Shown: piece by piece, positions 26,592-34,813 of the stretch | Layout: each line of letters begins with the position of its first letter | How positions within the stretch are numbered: the stretch's first letter is position 1 | From: Acidobacteriota bacterium | GTDB lineage: Bacteria > Acidobacteriota > Vicinamibacteria > Fen-336 | DNA length: 39,466 bases | Assembly: GCA_046726955.1 (NCBI GenBank) | Contig: JBKPBQ010000575.1 | Span: forward strand, 1-39,466 | Reading direction: 5' to 3' | Made by a program: the position numbers and the translations under genes | Notes under the pieces: model-generated | What the model was told of the DNA's origin: nothing | Seen by the model: the letters and a program-made list of their open reading frames with translations, nothing else | Database searches by the model: none

Positions 26592-28192
26592 GCCCGTACC
26601 GCCGCCTCGCGGAAGGCGAGCTTCCTCCCGAACACCTCCGTCATGTGGTCCGAGCGGGCGACGGCGGCCAGGCGCTCCATCGTGAGGTCGCCCGCCCCCT
26701 CCACCTCGAGGGCCCAGCCCTCGTCCTCGCGCACCACGCGCACGTCGCGGACCTTCTGGAGGTGGTCGGCGTCGAGGGCGTTGGCCACGCGGAGGATCGC
26801 CGCCAGCTTGTTCACGATCACCCGGGTGTCGCTGTCCAGGGCCATGTAGGGCAGGTGGCTCTTGTTGGGGGTGGCCCGGCGGTGGTAGCGGGCGACGTTG
26901 GCCACGATCGCCATGTCGTCTCGGGAGAGCCCGAAGATCTCGGAGACGGAGAGCAGGTACTGCGAGTGCTTGTGGTGCCCGCGCAGGTTCACGTAGATGC
27001 CCACGTCGTGGAGGAGCGCCGCCACCTGGAGGAGCAGGCGGTCGCGGCCGGAGAGCCCGTGCTCGCTCTTGAGCTCGTCGAAGAGCCTGCCCGCGAGGTG
27101 CGAGACCTGCTTGCCGTGCTTGGCGTCGTAGCGGTACTTCTCGCCGAGGGCCTCCGCGGAGAGCAGCACCTGGCGCGACAGGTCTTCGATGCCCTGCGCC
27201 TCCTCGCCGCGCACCATGTCCAGGAGGAGCCCGGCCCGCAGCGAGGCGTCGGGCACGACGAGCTCCACCGCCTGCGTCTCGAGCAGCAGCTCGCGCATCG
27301 CGAGGAGGGCGGGCACGAGTGTTTCCGCCTCCATCATGGACAGCCGGAAGCGCTCCACGAGGTCTTCCACGTCGTCGCCCATCCGCTGCTCGCAGAAAGC
27401 GAGGAACGGCTCCTTGGCCACGGTGAGGAAGCCGCGCTCGGGCAGCTCGCGACCCGCGACCTGGGTGGCGGCGAAGCGGGCGTCCCCGCCGAGCGTCACG
27501 AAGTGGCGCGCCTCTCGTAGCGGCATCTCCCGGCGGATGTCGTGGACGACGTTCTGGATGTGGCGGCGCAGCAGCCGCATCCGCTGCTCGTGGCTGCCCC
27601 CCCACGACCCGAGGTTCTGCCGCATCCGGATCGAGCCGAGCGCGTAGGTCCCCGAGTAGATGGGCTCGCCCTTCCGGAGAAAAGACGTGTCCGCGCTGCC
27701 TCCCCCGACCTCGGCGAGGAGGGCGTCGCCGGCGAGGAGCGCTTCGTGGTCGCGCAGCACCTCGCGCACCGCCATGTAGGTGAGCCGGTTCTCCTCGGAG
27801 CCGTCGATGATCTCCACGTCGAGCCCCGTGCGCAGGCGCACGCGGTCGAGGAAGGTGTCGCGGTTCAAGGCCTCCCGCACCGCCGAAGTGGCGACGGCGC
27901 GGTAGCGCACGACACCATAGCCGTCCATGATCCGGCGGAAGCCCTCGAGGGCCTTGAGCGTCGCCTCGATGGTGGCCGCGCCCAGGCGCCCGTTCGTGAA
28001 GGTGTCCTTGCCGAGCAGCACGCCTCGCGAGGCCTCTTCGAGCACGCGCGGGGCCTGGCCGGCCGCGTTCTCCGCCACCACCATGCGGATGGCGCTCGCC
28101 CCCATGTCCAGGACGGCCACCGGCCGCTCCACCTCGGGCGGGGGCGGGGGCAGGTCCGTGCGCGGCAGCGAACGGCGCTTGCGGGCGGCCAT
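26588..28192 (-). CDS. ppx: Ppx/GppA-family exopolyphosphatase or pppGpp phosphohydrolase with an HD domain (paralog 2 of 2)
   Basis: Track ORF of 534 aa. Motifs VAVLDMGASAIRMVV, EVGGGSAD and the HD region LLHDVGIYVNLRGHHKHSQYL. A basic, Pro-rich N-terminal extension of about 23 aa (RKRRSLPRTDLPPPPPEVE). PPX and GppA activity cannot be told apart from sequence by eye. Confidence 0.85.
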   Translation of the reverse strand: MAARKRRSLPRTDLPPPPPEVERPVAVLDMGASAIRMVVAENAAGQAPRVLEEASRGVLLGKDTFTNGRLGAATIEATLKALEGFRRIMDGYGVVRYRAVATSAVREALNRDTFLDRVRLRTGLDVEIIDGSEENRLTYMAVREVLRDHEALLAGDALLAEVGGGSADTSFLRKGEPIYSGTYALGSIRMRQNLGSWGGSHEQRMRLLRRHIQNVVHDIRREMPLREARHFVTLGGDARFAATQVAGRELPERGFLTVAKEPFLAFCEQRMGDDVEDLVERFRLSMMEAETLVPALLAMRELLLETQAVELVVPDASLRAGLLLDMVRGEEAQGIEDLSRQVLLSAEALGEKYRYDAKHGKQVSHLAGRLFDELKSEHGLSGRDRLLLQVAALLHDVGIYVNLRGHHKHSQYLLSVSEIFGLSRDDMAIVANVARYHRRATPNKSHLPYMALDSDTRVIVNKLAAILRVANALDADHLQKVRDVRVVREDEGWALEVEGAGDLTMERLAAVARSDHMTEVFGRKLAFREAAVRA

Positions 28193-28195
28193 CGC

Positions 28196-29776
28196 CTAGC
28201 CGCGCACCGCGCGCAGGCGGGCGGGACGGACGGTGTCGGCCGGGCGGGCGGCGGTGACGCGGACGTCGATCCCGAGGGCCTCGGCGAGGAGCTGCGTCCG
28301 GCGCGCGACGCCCCAGGTCTCGAGCTCGCAGTCGCCCTTCGCTTCCGCGCGGATGCGGAGGGCACCGACCCGTTCGGAGGCCACGAGGCGCTTCACGACC
28401 TGCCGGTGGCTCCGGTCGAGGGCGTCGGCCACGCGCAGGAAGCCGGCGAGGATCCGCACGGCGCGCCGCTCCTTCTTCTTGAGCGTCCGGAAGCCCTCGT
28501 GCTTCTTCCGGGGATGCCCGCGGCGGTGGTAGCGAGCCACGGTGGCGATCGTCTCGATCTCGCGCGGGTCGAAGCCGCGCAGCCCCCCGTTCTTGATCAG
28601 GTAGTAGCTGTGCTTGTGGTGGCCGGGGTAGGAGATGTGGTGGCCCACGTCGTGGAGGAGCGCCGCGTACTCGAGGAGCGATCGCTCGCGCGCCGCCAGC
28701 CCGTGGCGGGCCGAGGTCTGGTCGAACAGGGAGAGCGAGAGCGCGGCCACGTGGCGGGCGTGGGCCTCGTCGTACTGGCTCCTCTCCGCGAGGGCCACGA
28801 CGCTCCGCCGGCGCACGTCGGGGTAGGCCTCGGCGCGGGCGAGCGCCCGCGGGTGGCCGTGGACGTAGTCGAGGAGGATCCCTTCGCGGAGCGCCCACTC
28901 GCAGAGGATGAGCTGCCGGACGCCCAGGCGGTCGAGGAGCGTGTCGAGGATGACCGCGCCGGGCACGATGATGTCGGCCCGCTCCTGGTCCATGCCCGGC
29001 ATGCGCAGCCGCTCGCGCAGGTCGCTCCGCACCAGCCGCTGCCGGAGCTCGCGCAGGGTGGACGCCGAGACCTTCAGGTGGTGGAGGCCCTCCGGCAACT
29101 CGCCCGTGTCCATGTGGTGGGCCATGCGTCCGAGCGCCAGGATCGTCCCCGACGTGCCGATCGCCGCGTCGAAGCCCTTCTCGCGCACGTGCTCGGCGTG
29201 CGCCTCGATCGCCCGCTCCACGCGCTCCACGAGCCGGCTCTCCGCCTTGCGGCCGAGCGGGTCCGACTCGCCGAAGGCCGCGGCCATGCGCAGCACGCCG
29301 AGCTTCTCCGAGGCCACCCACTCCAGCCGACCGCCTTCGCCGAGGGCGAGCTCGATGCTGCCCCCGCCGATGTCGATCACGAGGGCGCGCTTGCCCTCGA
29401 GGTGGATGGAGTGGAGCGCGGCCAGGTAGATGAGCCGCGCCTCGCCTTCTCCCGAGATGGCCTTGGGCCAGAAGCCGATGTCGCGGCCGACCTGGTCGAG
29501 GAAGTCCTCGCCGTTTCGGGCCTCGCGGACGGCGGAGGTCGCGACGGCGATCGTCTTGTCGACGCCCTGCGTGCGCGCGATCCGCTTGTACTTGCGCAGC
29601 ACGTCGAGCCCGCGCCGCATCGCGGTCGCGGAGATGCGGCCCCGGGAGAGGGTGGAGGCGCCGAGCCGCACCATCTCCTTCTCCCCGGCGATCACCCGGA
29701 AGCCCCCGCGCGCGCTCGTCTCCACGATCACCATGTGGAACGAGTTGCTGCCGAGGTCGATGGCCGCGATCTTCAT
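28196..29776 (-). CDS. ppx: Ppx/GppA-family exopolyphosphatase or pppGpp phosphohydrolase with an HD domain (paralog 1 of 2)
   Basis: The track ORF starts at a TTG (29848). I prefer ATG 29776 because MKIAAIDLGSNSFHMVIVE is a normal Ppx N-terminus. Motifs DIGGGSIE and the HD region LLHDVGHHISYPGHHKHSYYL. There is a 3-nt gap to the next ppx. No clear SD, so the start is uncertain. Confidence 0.8.
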   Translation of the reverse strand: MKIAAIDLGSNSFHMVIVETSARGGFRVIAGEKEMVRLGASTLSRGRISATAMRRGLDVLRKYKRIARTQGVDKTIAVATSAVREARNGEDFLDQVGRDIGFWPKAISGEGEARLIYLAALHSIHLEGKRALVIDIGGGSIELALGEGGRLEWVASEKLGVLRMAAAFGESDPLGRKAESRLVERVERAIEAHAEHVREKGFDAAIGTSGTILALGRMAHHMDTGELPEGLHHLKVSASTLRELRQRLVRSDLRERLRMPGMDQERADIIVPGAVILDTLLDRLGVRQLILCEWALREGILLDYVHGHPRALARAEAYPDVRRRSVVALAERSQYDEAHARHVAALSLSLFDQTSARHGLAARERSLLEYAALLHDVGHHISYPGHHKHSYYLIKNGGLRGFDPREIETIATVARYHRRGHPRKKHEGFRTLKKKERRAVRILAGFLRVADALDRSHRQVVKRLVASERVGALRIRAEAKGDCELETWGVARRTQLLAEALGIDVRVTAARPADTVRPARLRAVRG

Positions 29777-29894
29777 GCCTGGGGAGATGTGGGGGGCGTC
29801 GCCCCCACTGGCATTGTACTCGCGGCCCACCGCCAGGCCATGCTGCAAGCGCCGGATGACGAAGTCGTGATATTTGTGGGGCAGGGAGGGCCCG

Positions 29895-29903
29895 TGCTAG
29901 CCT
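29895..29903 (+). promoter_or_regulatory. Extended -10 element TGCTAGCCT for the CHAD gene (third copy of the CCGTGCTAR motif)
   Basis: cccgTGCTAGCCTcc lies 25 nt upstream of GTG 29929. It matches the element upstream of 3420..4232 at 13 of 15 positions. Confidence 0.4.
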
Positions 29904-29928
29904 CCCGCCTTTCGCCAGCGGGTCCCCC

Positions 29929-30810
29929 GTGCCGACCAAGACCGACTTCGAGAAAACCTCGTCTTTGCTGAAACAGCGGATCCGGACCGTGTTCCGCCAC
30001 CTGCCCAAGGGCCTCGCCGGGGAGGAGGAGGCCGTTCACCAGCTCCGAGTGGCGGGCCGGCGCCTGCGCGTGGCCCTCCCTGTGCTCGCCCGCAAGCCCC
30101 GAGGCCGGCGCGTGAAGCGGGCGCTCGCGATCCTCCGCGACCTCACCCGCGCCGCGGGCCTCGGCCGCGACCTCGACGTGATCCTCGCCCTCTACGACCG
30201 CCGGCTCGCCGAGCTCGAGGCCCCGAATCCCGGGCAGCTCGCGCTGCGCCGGCGCCTCCGGGCCGCCCGGACGCGCAACCGCACGCGCATGGCCGAGGCG
30301 CTCATGGACATCGAGATCGCGGGCGTGCGGCGGGACCTCCGGCGAGTGGTGGCGCGCGGGGCGGAAGGTGTCTTCACCGTGATGGCGCGCCTGCGCGACA
30401 CGCGCGACGCCGAGGGAGCCGCCCTCCTCGCCGGCTTCGACGAGATCGGCGACCGCTACGACCCCATCGCCCTCCACGCCCTGCGCCGGGCCACCCGCCG
30501 GCTCCGCTACGCCGCCGAGGTCAGCGACGCGTTGCGGGGCGAGGAATCGGAAGCGCCCGCCCTTTTGAAGAGCCTGCAGGACGCGATCGGCACGCTCCAC
30601 GACAACCACGTGCTCGTCACCTGGCTCGAGCGCCAGGCCGCGTCGACGCGGGGCGCCCAGGCGGCCGCCCTCGCCGAAGCGGCGCGCGAGGAGCAGGCGT
30701 TCTTCGAGGAGGAGGGCCGGCGGCTCCACGCCGAGCTCCTGTCCCGGCGTCCCGGCGACGTCCTGGGGCGGGCCCTCGAGGTCATGGGAAGGGCGCGCTC
30801 CGCGGCCTGA
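29929..30810 (+). CDS. Stand-alone CHAD-domain protein (polyphosphate-granule-associated family)
   Basis: Track ORF of 293 aa with a GTG start. It is all-helical with repeated basic motifs VHQLRVAGRRLRVAL, HALRRATRRLRYAAEV and LQDAIGTLHDNHV. Confidence 0.75.
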   Translation: MPTKTDFEKTSSLLKQRIRTVFRHLPKGLAGEEEAVHQLRVAGRRLRVALPVLARKPRGRRVKRALAILRDLTRAAGLGRDLDVILALYDRRLAELEAPNPGQLALRRRLRAARTRNRTRMAEALMDIEIAGVRRDLRRVVARGAEGVFTVMARLRDTRDAEGAALLAGFDEIGDRYDPIALHALRRATRRLRYAAEVSDALRGEESEAPALLKSLQDAIGTLHDNHVLVTWLERQAASTRGAQAAALAEAAREEQAFFEEEGRRLHAELLSRRPGDVLGRALEVMGRARSAA

Positions 30811-30816
30811 CAGGCG

Positions 30817-30822
30817 TACACT
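30817..30822 (+). promoter_or_regulatory. -10 hexamer TACACT, 8 nt upstream of the sixA ATG (leaderless candidate)
   Basis: ggcgTACACTcggatcgtATG, within the 20-nt CHAD-sixA gap. The hexamer is the same as the one upstream of the DUF47 gene. Confidence 0.35.
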
Positions 30823-30830
30823 CGGATCGT

Positions 30831-31322
30831 ATGCGCCTGGTGATCGTCCGCCACGCGATCGCGGTGCCGCGGGGAACGCCCGACATCCCCGACGAGGACC
30901 GCGCGCTCACTCCCGAAGGCGAGAAGAAATTCAAGAAGGCGGCCGAGGGCCTGGCCCGCGTGCTCGCCCGTCCCGACGAGATCCTCACGAGCCCCTGGCT
31001 GCGCGCGCTCCGGACCGCGGAGATCGCGGCGGAGGCGTGGGGCAAGGTCGCCCCCAAGAAGACGCCGGCACTGGCCGGTGGCAGCTTCGAAGATCTCGCG
31101 GCCGTGCTCGACGGCTACCCCCCGGCGTCCACGGTGGCGGTGGTGGGCCACGAGCCGTACCTGTCCGCGCTCCTCGCGCGGCTCCTGGGCACGCACGACG
31201 ACGAGCGCGTGGAGTTCAAGAAGGGCGGGGTGGCCGTGCTGGAGGTTCCCGGCCGGCTCGCCGACGGCGGCCACCTCCGCATGTACCTTCCGCCTAAGGT
31301 GCTGCGCTCGCTGGCAGGCTGA
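30831..31322 (+). CDS. sixA: SixA-type phosphohistidine phosphatase
   Basis: Track ORF of 163 aa. Histidine-phosphatase fold motifs: LVIVRHAIA, LTPEGEKK, TSPWLRALRTAEI, VVGHEPYLS. Confidence 0.75.
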   Translation: MRLVIVRHAIAVPRGTPDIPDEDRALTPEGEKKFKKAAEGLARVLARPDEILTSPWLRALRTAEIAAEAWGKVAPKKTPALAGGSFEDLAAVLDGYPPASTVAVVGHEPYLSALLARLLGTHDDERVEFKKGGVAVLEVPGRLADGGHLRMYLPPKVLRSLAG

Positions 31323-32529
31323 CGTAGACTTTCCCGCTCTTCATCACGAAGACGACGCGCCGCAGCGCGGCGATGTCCTTCGACGGATCGCCGTCCACCG
31401 CCATGAGGTCGGCGGCGAGGCCGGGAGCGAGGGCGCCCGTCTGTCCGTCCAGGCCCATCGAGGCCGCCGCGACCGACGTCGCGGAGACGATCGCGGCCAT
31501 GGGCGCCTGGCCTCCGTCGGTCGCGCGGCAGACGAGCTCCTCCACGTTCCGGCCGTGCGCCCCCGCCACCGCGTCGGTGCCGAAGACGATGCGGAGACCC
31601 GGTGTCGCCAGGGCGCGGCGGAACGAGGCGAGGGCCAGCGGGATCGCCTTCTCCATGGCCGCGAAGCCCTTCTCGTTGTAGTTGCCGATCCCTTCGAAGC
31701 GCTTCCGGTTGTCCAGGTAGTTGCGGAAGACGAGGCAGACGTTGGGGTCGAAGTACGTCCCGCGCTCGGCCATCATCGCGAGCACCTCGGCGGTGGCGAA
31801 GACGCCGTGCTCGATCTGCGTGCAGTCGGCCAGGGTCGCCCGCCGCATCGCCTCCGCGCTGTGCGCGTGCACGAGCGTGCGCAGGCCGAAGACCTTCGCC
31901 TCGCCGCAGGCGGCGAAGAGCTGCTCGACGGACATCGTGGGACCGCCGCCCTCCCGGATGCTCTTCGAGGCGAAGATCTTTATGAGGTCGGCCCCCTGCT
32001 TTTGGCGCTCGCGGACGAGCGCGTGCATCGCGTCCGGACCTCCGTCCTCCGCGTTCAGCGGCGCGAGGGACGTGAGGACGCGCGGTCCCGGGATCGTCCC
32101 CTTCTCGATCGCCTCGCGCAGCTCCTTGTCCTCGGGCGAGCCCGGGCTCTGGATCGTGGTGAAGCCCGCGCGCAGCGTGGCGAGCGCGTTCGCGGCGATC
32201 GCGGCCCTCGCTTCGTCCGCGGTCTCGCCGTCGTCGGGCGTGTGCAGCCGGTCCTTCGCGTTGAAGTGCCAGGCGAGGTGGGCGTGCGTGTCGACGAGGC
32301 CGGGCAGGAGCGTCGCTCGGCCGAGGTCGATCGTCGGACGCCCGCTGCCCGCCGGCGCCTTGTCGACGGAGACGATCTTCCCGCCCTCGACCACGACCCG
32401 CGCGTTCTCGATGATCGCCCCCCGCCCGTCGAGCGCGCGGGCGGCGGCGATCGTGACGCGCTTCTCCTGCGCCGCGACCGGCGCGGCGAGCGCGAGCCCG
32501 GCGAGGGCCACTGCCGCGCGTCGCGTCAC
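31294..32529 (-). CDS. Secreted metal-dependent amidohydrolase-superfamily protein
   Basis: GTG start preceded by GGAAGGAGGG. Signal peptide AVALAGLALAAPVAAQ. Motifs LLPGLVDTHAHL (HxH), LVHAHS and VFGTDA. The 3' end overlaps sixA by 29 nt. Confidence 0.8.
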   Translation of the reverse strand: MTRRAAVALAGLALAAPVAAQEKRVTIAAARALDGRGAIIENARVVVEGGKIVSVDKAPAGSGRPTIDLGRATLLPGLVDTHAHLAWHFNAKDRLHTPDDGETADEARAAIAANALATLRAGFTTIQSPGSPEDKELREAIEKGTIPGPRVLTSLAPLNAEDGGPDAMHALVRERQKQGADLIKIFASKSIREGGGPTMSVEQLFAACGEAKVFGLRTLVHAHSAEAMRRATLADCTQIEHGVFATAEVLAMMAERGTYFDPNVCLVFRNYLDNRKRFEGIGNYNEKGFAAMEKAIPLALASFRRALATPGLRIVFGTDAVAGAHGRNVEELVCRATDGGQAPMAAIVSATSVAAASMGLDGQTGALAPGLAADLMAVDGDPSKDIAALRRVVFVMKSGKVYVSLPASAAP

Positions 32530-32557
32530 CTTTCCCTCCTTCCCTGTCCGCCGCGGT

Positions 32558-34813
32558 TCACGCAGCCTCCGCTTCCTTGCCGACCTCCGTCCTCTCCAGC
32601 GCGCCCGCGCTCGCCGCCGCCCCCAGGTAGACGATCGCCCCCGCGAGCATGGCCGTCCGGAACCCCAACGTCACGGCCGTGACGATCGTCACGAGCGAGC
32701 CCGCGACCGAGAAGATCCCGTTCAAGCCCCAGTAGAAGGGCGGCCCGGGGAACGGCCCGCGGCCCACGCTCACGAGACCCCGCGGAAAGGGTATCCCCAT
32801 CGCGAAGCCGAGGGGAGCGACGACGAGGACCGCGAGCACGATCCTCGCCGCGAGCGGCAGGGGAAGAAGCGCGGGCACCACGCGCGGCAGGACCAGGGCG
32901 TAGACGACGCCTAACGCCGCGGCGACGAGGCAGGCCGCGGCCGGTCGGTGCCGGCTGCTCCTGTAGCTCCCGATGCCGCCGGAGGCGAGGAGGGTGAAGA
33001 GCAGTATCGAGAGCGTGAAGATGGGGTGGCCGAGCAGGAGCGTGAGCTGCTGCAGGAGGCCGAGCTCGACGGAGATGAAGGCGACGCCCAGGCAGGCGAA
33101 GTAGGCGACGGAGGCGAGGTAGGGACCCGCGGGCTCGCCCCGGGGACGGCCCATGGCCACGAGAAGTATGCAGAGCGCGATGAGCGGTAAGAGGATCGTC
33201 TCGAACGCCCGGCGCATGGTGTCCGGCAGCCCCCACGGCTTCTGGCGGGCGAAGAAGAACGGGCGGTCGTCGGTGACGGGATCGACGCGCGTCGGAGCGT
33301 CCCTCTCCCACTCCGCGATCGACGTGCGGCCGTCGAGGACACTAGCGTAGGGCTCGTCCACGTGCCGGCCGGGCACGATCGCGGGGACGGCAAGAGTCCA
33401 ATCCATCATCCGCGCCGTCTCCTCCTCCGTGAACGGGCGCCGCTTCATGATGAAGATCATCTGCGGCGGGTCGTCCTTCGTCTCCCGCTTCTCGAAGAGG
33501 ACCGCCACGCGGCGGGCCGCCTCCTCGCGGCCGAGGACGGCGATCGCGTTGGCGACGAGGCGGGGCACGTCCACGTTCCAGCGGAGGATCACGAGCGCCC
33601 CGTCGTCCGTGAGGTGCTCGTCGTACGCGCGGAAGGCCTCCGTCGTGTAGAGGTGGTTCTCGGAGAGCGTGAGGCCGCCCGAGGCCACGGCCGCCCAGGA
33701 ATCGACGAAGCCGAGGAGGATCACGTCGAAGCGGCGGGCCGTGCGGCGGATGAAGGTTCGGCCCTCGGTGAGGATCGCCTCCACCTTGGGGTGGTCGTAG
33801 AGGTTGCCCGCCTCCGCGCCGAAGTGGCGGACGAAGCCCAGCATGAGCGGGTTCATCTCGGCAGCGGTGACGCTCTCGCTGCCCGCGGCGAGCGCGACGA
33901 GCACGTCCGAGCCGCCTCCCGGTCCGATCACGAGCGTCTTCGGGTGCTCGGGCAGGACCTGGAAGGGAAGGGCCCTGTACCAGCCGCGGTAGGAGGCGAG
34001 GCTCTCGACGTTTCCGTCCCACGAGTGCACGTTCGTCCAGGCGTCGGAGTCGATGTAGAGCCGGGCCAGGAACGGAGGCGGGAAACCGGTGACCGCGTCG
34101 ATGCGTGAGTAGGCATTCCACCCAGTGAGGACGATGCGCGCCCCGGGAGTCTCGGCCAGGTGACGGTAGAGGCCCTTGCCGGGAGCGCTGCGGATCTTGA
34201 AGAGACCGGTCTTCTCGTTCACCGCTACCGCCGCGAGGACGGCGAGGGCGACGACGGCGCTCGCGGCCCGCAGCCGCGGCGAGAGGCAGGCCGCCGCGAT
34301 CGCGGGCGCGAGGGCCACCGCGAGTACGGCGGTCTCCCCGCCCCGCCAGGACAGGAGGAAGGTCACGAGAAGGGCGCCCGCGGAGGCGCCCAGGAGGTCT
34401 GCGAAGTAGACCCTGCCCGTGGACTCCCGGCGGAGGTCGAAGACCATGGAGAGCGCCATCCCCGCGAGCAGGAAGGGAACGAGCGAGACCGCGAAGTAGA
34501 ACGCGAGCCGGTCCGTGTGGAAGGGAGAGCGCACGATGAGGTAGAGCGCGATCGGCAGCGAGGCCGCGTAGGCGAGGGCGAGCGCGGCCGCGCGGTCGAG
34601 CGTGAAGGCGATGCGCCGCTTGAGCAGGTGAAGGATGAAGCCGCCGAAGCCCCAGCCCAGGAGGGCCACGGAGATCGCCACGAAGGCGTAGTGGTACCAG
34701 ATCGTGGCCGAGAAGATCCGCGTGAGCCCGATCTCGAACATGAGACCGGACAGCGTGAGCAGGAAGACGCCGAGGTAGAGGATCAGGGGCCCTGCTTCCG
34801 CGTCGCGCGCCAC
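32558..34813 (-). CDS. Polytopic membrane protein with a central spermidine-synthase-like (class I methyltransferase fold) domain
   Basis: Track ORF 32558..35320 is a read-through over doxX. There is no ATG before the first TM helix. I take GTG 34813 (VARDAEAGPLILYLGVFLLTLSGLMFEIGLTR). Alternatives are CTG 34786 and ATG 34741. The central domain reads LVIGPGGGSDVLVALAAG...FDVILLGFVDSW...LTDDGALVI. Multi-TM modules lie on both sides. Confidence 0.65.
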   Translation of the reverse strand: MARDAEAGPLILYLGVFLLTLSGLMFEIGLTRIFSATIWYHYAFVAISVALLGWGFGGFILHLLKRRIAFTLDRAAALALAYAASLPIALYLIVRSPFHTDRLAFYFAVSLVPFLLAGMALSMVFDLRRESTGRVYFADLLGASAGALLVTFLLSWRGGETAVLAVALAPAIAAACLSPRLRAASAVVALAVLAAVAVNEKTGLFKIRSAPGKGLYRHLAETPGARIVLTGWNAYSRIDAVTGFPPPFLARLYIDSDAWTNVHSWDGNVESLASYRGWYRALPFQVLPEHPKTLVIGPGGGSDVLVALAAGSESVTAAEMNPLMLGFVRHFGAEAGNLYDHPKVEAILTEGRTFIRRTARRFDVILLGFVDSWAAVASGGLTLSENHLYTTEAFRAYDEHLTDDGALVILRWNVDVPRLVANAIAVLGREEAARRVAVLFEKRETKDDPPQMIFIMKRRPFTEEETARMMDWTLAVPAIVPGRHVDEPYASVLDGRTSIAEWERDAPTRVDPVTDDRPFFFARQKPWGLPDTMRRAFETILLPLIALCILLVAMGRPRGEPAGPYLASVAYFACLGVAFISVELGLLQQLTLLLGHPIFTLSILLFTLLASGGIGSYRSSRHRPAAACLVAAALGVVYALVLPRVVPALLPLPLAARIVLAVLVVAPLGFAMGIPFPRGLVSVGRGPFPGPPFYWGLNGIFSVAGSLVTIVTAVTLGFRTAMLAGAIVYLGAAASAGALERTEVGKEAEAA

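Noticed and set aside
24810-26849. 679-codon plus-strand ORF antisense to ppk1
   Set aside because: No recognisable motif, and D/E/H/R/L/V-rich like other antisense frames here. ppk1 on the other strand explains the region.
29792-29806. 15-bp G/C palindrome gggggcgTcgccccc in the ppx leader region
   Set aside because: It is a pure homopolymer-type G/C palindrome with a 1-nt centre. It is plausibly a chance product of the composition and has no second copy in the window.
24468-30008. Single 1846-codon open frame on the minus strand spanning ppk1 and both ppx genes
   Set aside because: Only the last 707 codons (from GTG 26591) read as PPK1. The upstream 1139 codons are Arg/Gly/Pro/Ala-rich nonsense in a frame overlapping the two well-formed Ppx proteins. 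Long stop-free shadow frames are expected in DNA this GC-rich.
34783-34813. Programmed frameshift fusing DoxX to the spermidine-synthase-like protein
   Set aside because: I saw no slippery heptamer or downstream structure. An in-frame GTG at 34813 gives a sensible independent N-terminus.
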